In this document: positions 33,798 through 38,669 of the stretch, piece after piece
Layout of the letters: each line of letters opens with the position of its first letter
How positions within the stretch are numbered: position 1 is the first letter of the stretch
IMG/VR virus record: IMGVR_UViG_3300010203_000020
Location: 1-38,669 of that record
From: a virus
Lineage: Duplodnaviria > Caudoviricetes
Length of the DNA stretch: 38,669 bases
Direction: 5' to 3' (one strand)
Translations under genes and position numbers: made by a program
The notes under the pieces: model-generated
Seen by the model: the letters and a program-made list of their open reading frames with translations, nothing else
Told to the model about the DNA's origin: nothing
The model's database searches: none

Positions 33798-34393
33798 TCC
33801 TCGACCTCCGGGAACCAGACGATCTTGCGTTCGTTGGGGTCGAAAACCGTCTTCATCCGCTGGACCATCGGCGGCTTCGGGCCGGTATTGCGACGCGGGT
33901 CGAAGCGATAGCGGGCGAGCCGGGCGACCTTGCCAGCCTTGGCCGGAGCGACCTGGATCAGGTATCCGGCCTTGGCCAGGTGCTTCAGGTAATCCTGAGC
34001 ATCGGTTACGGACACCTGGACCTCGTCGGTCGATGACCATAGGGCAAGGTCGCGGTAATCGAAGTCGGCGGTGCTCTTGTGCCGCATCGTCCGCCACATC
34101 TGTTCGCGCGGCAGTCCTTGAGTGACCGGAGACCCATCGGCACGGACGCGCGGGGCCTCGACGCCGACATCGCGGACCAGGCGAAAACCATCGTTCGCCG
34201 AGCCAACGTGGCCCGAGGCGAGCAGGCACTCGACATAAGACTGCACAGTCTTTTCATGCGCTTTGCAGGCCCCGGCGATATCGGCGACGGAGAACGTCCC
34301 GAGTCGGCGGATCGCTTCCCAGATCGCCTGTCGGCCACCCGGCTTCTTGGCGCTCATCGTCAGATGCACGGGCTTGCGTCCGGCCGACATCAC
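33794..34393 (-). CDS. Conserved Mu-like early tandem wHTH protein
   Basis: RQ.IW..IR, G.EAPRVR.DG, QMWR.MR, Y...L..AGYL, TGP.PP..QR...VFDPN. Confidence 0.75.
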   Translation of the reverse strand: MMSAGRKPVHLTMSAKKPGGRQAIWEAIRRLGTFSVADIAGACKAHEKTVQSYVECLLASGHVGSANDGFRLVRDVGVEAPRVRADGSPVTQGLPREQMWRTMRHKSTADFDYRDLALWSSTDEVQVSVTDAQDYLKHLAKAGYLIQVAPAKAGKVARLARYRFDPRRNTGPKPPMVQRMKTVFDPNERKIVWFPEVEE

Positions 34394-35148
34394 GCGGCCT
34401 CCCGCACCGGCGACTTGCCGGTGTTGAACTTGCCGCCCTGGTCGATGAATTGCTGAAGGGTGATCTCGGTCAGGTCGGCCGCCTGGGCGATCTGGCGAAC
34501 ATCGTTCAGAATGCCGACGACGCGGCGCACCGATCCAGACGCCTCATCGTGCGTCCGCTCGATCAGATCGTCGGCGATACTGATGCCGTCGCAACGGACT
34601 TTCGCCATGTGCCGGGTGTCGGGCAACGAGCACGGCTGAGCCAGCTCCATGCCAAGCTGCATCCGGCTATGGACCCGCTCCCACCGCTCCAGCGAACGGG
34701 GCAGCAACTCTTCGCCGACCAGGATGATCGTGCCGGTACCCCCGGTTTCTTCGTAGATCGACCGCACCGTCTCGATCAGGTTCTTCGCCACCAGGGCGTC
34801 GGCTTCATCGATAATCAGCGGGCGCTTCGATGCCCCAAGCTCTTTGCCGATCGCCTCGATCATGTCCGGGATGGTGCCGGTCGCGGGCATTCCCATCTCG
34901 CGCAAGACCGCCTTGCACAGGTGCTTCTTCGTCCATTCGGTGTTGGCCTGCACGCTGAAAGCCCTGCACTTATGGGCGACGTAAAGCACCGCCACCGACT
35001 TGCCGTAACCCGAAGGCCCGGCGAAGCACCCCATCCCAGGCAGGCCGGGATCGCGATTGACCAGTTTCAGGGTCAGTTCCAGCAGCAGCATCACGTTTCG
35101 GAGCGGCTGAACGCTGAAGGTGTTGACGTGGTTGGTCGGATTGCTCAT
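34390..35148 (-). CDS. MuB-like transposition AAA+ ATPase
   Basis: Walker A GPSGYGKS, Walker B LIIDEAD, LVGEE.LP..L..WER.HSR; ATG 35148 with AAGGAG. Confidence 0.9.
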   Translation of the reverse strand: MSNPTNHVNTFSVQPLRNVMLLLELTLKLVNRDPGLPGMGCFAGPSGYGKSVAVLYVAHKCRAFSVQANTEWTKKHLCKAVLREMGMPATGTIPDMIEAIGKELGASKRPLIIDEADALVAKNLIETVRSIYEETGGTGTIILVGEELLPRSLERWERVHSRMQLGMELAQPCSLPDTRHMAKVRCDGISIADDLIERTHDEASGSVRRVVGILNDVRQIAQAADLTEITLQQFIDQGGKFNTGKSPVREAA

Positions 35149-35175
35149 CTTGAACTCCTTGCTCATTTTGCTTCG

Positions 35176-35207
35176 CGGCGGTCACCGGCCAGGGTGGCCG
35201 CCGTTTT
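35176..35207 (+). terminator. Stem-loop with T4 tract between A and B (terminator-like on the antisense strand)
   Basis: CGGCGGTCACC-GGCCAG-GGTGGCCGCCG-TTTT. Confidence 0.45.
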
Positions 35208-35209
35208 CG

Positions 35210-37504
35210 TCACATCGCCGCGTTCAACGCCGTCTCGATCCCGAGTTCGTCGCAAACCGGCTTCAGGGCGAGATAGGTCGGGTGGCGCTGGAACACCGCC
35301 AGCCACGACCGCTCCTTGTCGTCGACCGGCAACCCGGCCGCGATCCGTCCCTCGATCTCCATGGCGCGCCTGAACTGCGATGCCCGGGGCGACATCGTCA
35401 CCACCGTCGGCGCAGCCATATCCGCCGCCAGCGCGTCGATCCGTACTTGCTCTGTGGCTGAGACCGGACTGGCCTGGATCGGCTGATCCGCCCGTAAGGC
35501 GGCACCGATGGCCTCCAAGGCCGCGTTGGTGAAGGACTCGTAGGTGCGCGGCAACGCCACCACCTTCGAGGCGTCTTCCTTGGCCTTGGCCAACACCCGC
35601 TTGACCATCTTATGCGGCTTGCAGGCCGTCTTCAGACGCCGACCCTCAGCGCGCAACGCCTTCATCTGGGCCGATTGATGTGCTTTCGCTTCGGCGGCGC
35701 AGCCGGCGCGATCCGCCCCCATCCGCTCCAGATTGGTGGCTTTGCAGACGAATTCCGTATGGTCGGCGGTGAACACCCACACCTGCCCCATATTGTCCGG
35801 GTCCATCCGGACGAAGACGTCCTTGCCCATATACAGCCGCAGGGCGTCGCCCCAGAAATGCGCTTCCTCGACTTGAATGCCTTTCTTGGTGACCGTGCGG
35901 ATGCCTGCGCCCTTCGCGCTTTTCGGCACCGGTGCCAGCAACACCGCCAACCGCTCGGGATCGTCGATCCGCAACAGCTTGCCCGACCACCGCACCGCCC
36001 GGTTGAACGGCGTCTCCCCCTTCAGTCCGCCATGCGGGGTGTGGGCATATTTGAATTCGCACCACTCGTTGAGGATGCCTTGCAGTTCGTCCTGCCGCAG
36101 CTCGATCGCGTAGGCCTCGCGCTCGCTCTGGCCCAACCGACCCGAGAACGCCTTGACCGCCTCGATCTTTTGCCGATCGCTCACCGAATGGCCGACGAAG
36201 CCCGGCAACTGGTTGATGATGCCGTGCTGAACCGTCTTTACGTGCCGTTCAACACCGCCCTTTTGCTCGGGTGAATAAGCGGTGCAATCGTCGTGAATGA
36301 TGCCGGTCAGGGCAAAAAACCGCTTCGCCTCCTGGCTGATGAAGTCCGATCCCTGGTCGGTGCGGACCATCTCCGGTTTGCCCCAGGCCTCGATCCCCTT
36401 CTTCAGCAGCAACAATGCCCCGACCGTCGCCGCCGTCTTGGTCACCAGCACCATGATCCGGCGGGTGTAGATGTCGATCAGGACGTACAAGGTGTACCGC
36501 CCGGCCCCATCGGTCCCTTCCAGCAACATCAGGTCGGCCGGGCTGGCGTCGATCTCCCACAACTGGTTCGGCCGCTCGATATGGCCGTACAGGTCTCCAA
36601 TCGAGATCCGGTTCTTCGACTTCCACTTGTCCGGGTTGGTGACGTGCAGCAGAAAATCGGCGTTCTCGTCCTGCCACGCGTTGATCCAACGCTGAATCTG
36701 ACCGGCGGTTGGGATCTGGCGCGGCAGGATTTCGCCGGTGTCGTGGTCAATCACTTTGACCTGATCGCCGAACGTCGCGACGATCTCGTCGCGCAACTGC
36801 GCCGCCGAGATGGTCCGACCCTTCAGCACCGACCCCAGGATGTAATCGCGGACCGTCTCGGCCTGATCGAGCACGCTCTTGCGCCCGCGATACCGCCCGC
36901 CCAGCACCTCGATGTCGCCCTTGTCGGCCAGCTTCCGCCAATTCCAGATCGTGTTGGGGCTGATGTGCGGCTTGGCGTGGCGGACCCAGGCGGGCACCGC
37001 CAGGAAATAGCGCGTGCCCGCCACCTCGGCCCCGGCCTGGAAGGTCTGGCCGTCACCGGCATCCAGGGCGGCGTTGTACAGGTCCGCGAACCGCAGTCGG
37101 GCCGTGCTGCCGTCCGATATTCCGGCCTGGATCAGCCACAGTTTGTACAGATTGAGGATCGACAGCTTCACATTGCGCCGTTTCGCGCCGTCCCCGGTCG
37201 CCGCTGCGACCGCAGGCGGGGGCTGGTATTGCCGGGCCGCTGCCGCGATCGCCGTCTCCGACACCAACGGGGTGACGCTCTCCAGATCGGCGGCATGCTG
37301 CGCCAGGACGGCGAAGCGGGCCGCCTTCCGCGCCTCGATCAGGGCGCGCTGGATATCCGGCGGCAGAGAATCAACGTCGTAAAGCCAAGTATGGTTCTTG
37401 CCGTCCTTCCGCCCAATCCAGCCTCCGCGTTTGGAGCGACCAAACACAGCCTGAGGGGTAACCCCCAACGCGGCAGCGATCGTGCTTGTATCAACCTCAG
37501 CCAT
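35210..37504 (-). CDS. MuA-like DDE transposase
   Basis: N-terminal Mu-type HTH, WEIDASPAD, RTDQGSDF, KG.VER catalytic triad, Mu-transposase C-terminal domain. Confidence 0.93.
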   Translation of the reverse strand: MAEVDTSTIAAALGVTPQAVFGRSKRGGWIGRKDGKNHTWLYDVDSLPPDIQRALIEARKAARFAVLAQHAADLESVTPLVSETAIAAAARQYQPPPAVAAATGDGAKRRNVKLSILNLYKLWLIQAGISDGSTARLRFADLYNAALDAGDGQTFQAGAEVAGTRYFLAVPAWVRHAKPHISPNTIWNWRKLADKGDIEVLGGRYRGRKSVLDQAETVRDYILGSVLKGRTISAAQLRDEIVATFGDQVKVIDHDTGEILPRQIPTAGQIQRWINAWQDENADFLLHVTNPDKWKSKNRISIGDLYGHIERPNQLWEIDASPADLMLLEGTDGAGRYTLYVLIDIYTRRIMVLVTKTAATVGALLLLKKGIEAWGKPEMVRTDQGSDFISQEAKRFFALTGIIHDDCTAYSPEQKGGVERHVKTVQHGIINQLPGFVGHSVSDRQKIEAVKAFSGRLGQSEREAYAIELRQDELQGILNEWCEFKYAHTPHGGLKGETPFNRAVRWSGKLLRIDDPERLAVLLAPVPKSAKGAGIRTVTKKGIQVEEAHFWGDALRLYMGKDVFVRMDPDNMGQVWVFTADHTEFVCKATNLERMGADRAGCAAEAKAHQSAQMKALRAEGRRLKTACKPHKMVKRVLAKAKEDASKVVALPRTYESFTNAALEAIGAALRADQPIQASPVSATEQVRIDALAADMAAPTVVTMSPRASQFRRAMEIEGRIAAGLPVDDKERSWLAVFQRHPTYLALKPVCDELGIETALNAAM

Positions 37505-37994
37505 GCCGCACCGCCTGCCGGTACAGCGGCAAATCTGCGATGATCGCGTCTTGTTCGGCGCGGGCTTGGTTCACGAACATCAGCAACTGGCCCAGCCGGG
37601 CCAGTTGCATCGTGTATCCCTCGACCAGGGTGCACCCGACCGCCTCGGCCAGCCCCTGCAGCAGGATCGCGTTGCCCAGCACCGCGCACAAAGCGGGGAT
37701 CAAGTCGGCCGGGAAACGGTTCGGGCGGCTGGCACCGGTCCAACTATCGATCTGCGCCTTGCTGATCGGCCGACCGGCCAACGGGGTCAACTCGGCGGCG
37801 ATCGCGGCCCGGTCCATCCCGCTGACCGTGATCGCCTCGTTGAGCAACTGGCGCAGCCGCCGGTCCATGTTCAACGCCCCGGGATCGGTGCGGGGTAAGG
37901 TCGGCGCGGGCAAAAGCGATATACCCGCATCGAGAAGGGATAGAAAATCGGTCTGCCTCGGATCAGCCGACCGGCCTTTGCGGCTCTTGGTCAT
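37497..37994 (-). CDS. CII-like phage regulatory protein
   Basis: R..IAA.LT.L.G..ISK..ID.WT..S, FP...IPALC...G; ATG 37994 with GAGG; frame stays open upstream to ATG 38267. Confidence 0.65.
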   Translation of the reverse strand: MTKSRKGRSADPRQTDFLSLLDAGISLLPAPTLPRTDPGALNMDRRLRQLLNEAITVSGMDRAAIAAELTPLAGRPISKAQIDSWTGASRPNRFPADLIPALCAVLGNAILLQGLAEAVGCTLVEGYTMQLARLGQLLMFVNQARAEQDAIIADLPLYRQAVRHG

Positions 37995-38035
37995 GATCGC
38001 CTCTTGCGGAGATTTGTTGTCGTTGACCACTCCCT

Positions 38036-38079
38036 GAAAAAGAGGCCGGACGGGCTTTGTGCACGTCCACGTCCGGCCT
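38036..38079 (-). terminator. Intrinsic terminator inside the early operon
   Basis: 10-bp stem AGGCCGGACG/CGTCCGGCCT followed by CTTTTTC on the - strand. Confidence 0.55.
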
Positions 38080-38232
38080 TGAGTTTCGCAGGGAGGCGCG
38101 CCGATGCTCTGGCGCAGGGGCCGGGCTTCCACCGGCTGCGCCGGGACTGACGCCATGGGCGGCAGACGACGGCTCTGGACGCGGGTAAACGCTCCGCGCC
38201 CGCTCGGCCGACCCACCACCACCGTCGCAACG

Positions 38233-38261
38233 GTGACGATGGGCCGGGTTTTCCCTATGGT
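38233..38261 (+). promoter_or_regulatory. Putative antisense promoter for ORF 38298
   Basis: GTGACG-N17-TATGGT; -10 lies within inverted repeat 38250-38289. Confidence 0.45.
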
Positions 38262-38297
38262 GGACATGACACAACCACCGATAGGGAAACTCTTGAG

Positions 38298-38492
38298 ATG
38301 AACCCCGATCAGAAAATTGAAGTGCTGAAGCAGGCCGTCGCCATGGCCACTGTCGTCCTCGCCGATCGTAACGACCTGGTCGGCACGATCGCCTACGCAC
38401 GCCAGAAAGGTGGCGGGGAGAAAGCCGATAGGGCGACGGCGGTGGTTGACCATTTCTTCCAGCACTTCTACGACCTAGTCAGCGCCGAGTAG
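38298..38492 (+). CDS. Small antisense hypothetical protein (64 aa)
   Basis: ATG with AGGGA upstream, plausible amphipathic helices, AT-richer than flanks. Confidence 0.55.
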   Translation: MNPDQKIEVLKQAVAMATVVLADRNDLVGTIAYARQKGGGEKADRATAVVDHFFQHFYDLVSAE

Positions 38493-38669
38493 GCAGCGGG
38501 CAGTCCGGACGCCCACCAGGGCAACCAGGGCGGCGGCAACGGCATCGCCGCCCGCCTCGGGGCTGTCGCCGTACCGGCTGCGCAGCAGGGCGATGATCTC
38601 GGCGACCACCTGCAGGCGCTCCTCAGGCTCGTGCCCAAAAACACCCGTGTTGTTGGGCACGCTGTTCAT
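38475..38669 (-). CDS. Early-region hypothetical protein (64 aa, at window edge)
   Basis: ORF co-oriented with the early operon; upstream context not visible. Confidence 0.45.
   Translation of the reverse strand: MNSVPNNTGVFGHEPEERLQVVAEIIALLRSRYGDSPEAGGDAVAAALVALVGVRTARCLLGAD

Larger units (their letters stand above)
560..38669 (-). mobile_element. Mu-like transposable prophage (Mu-type transposition and head genes, P2-type contractile tail); left end is beyond the window
   Basis: MuA/MuB, GemA, Mor, Mu gp27-gp37-like genes, com-mom, terminal TG with tandem repeats; all core genes co-oriented and tightly coupled. Confidence 0.95.

Overview
Almost the whole window (560 to the right edge) is one Mu-like transposable prophage on the minus strand in a high-GC host. 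The host is probably an alphaproteobacterium, inferred from a PraR/PhrR-type XRE gene. It is inserted 121 bp downstream of a host tRNA-Arg(CCT). In transcription order the prophage carries: early genes (CII-like regulator, MuA DDE transposase, MuB-like ATPase, accessory genes including a DnaA-domain-IV protein and a host-like XRE regulator, GemA, Mor/C activator); lysis genes (membrane-fused SLT endolysin, embedded spanins); a Mu-type head module (gp25-gp30, protease/scaffold, gpT); a P2-type contractile tail (V-W-J-I-fibres-FI-FII-E/E'-T-U-X-D); and a com-mom DNA-modification cassette next to the right end (TG plus two tandem transposase-type repeats). The left end and the repressor/ner genes lie outside the window. 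The most striking unexplained signal is an ~85-nt tRNA-like cloverleaf with its own candidate antisense promoter in the com-mom leader. Other notable features: Com-operator repeats with an anti-SD, a shared late-activator palindrome, an antisense membrane-protein moron whose promoter lies inside the tape-measure gene, an attenuator and antisense unit in the early leader, and a candidate central gyrase site. All protein calls come from motif recognition and synteny; no searches were run.
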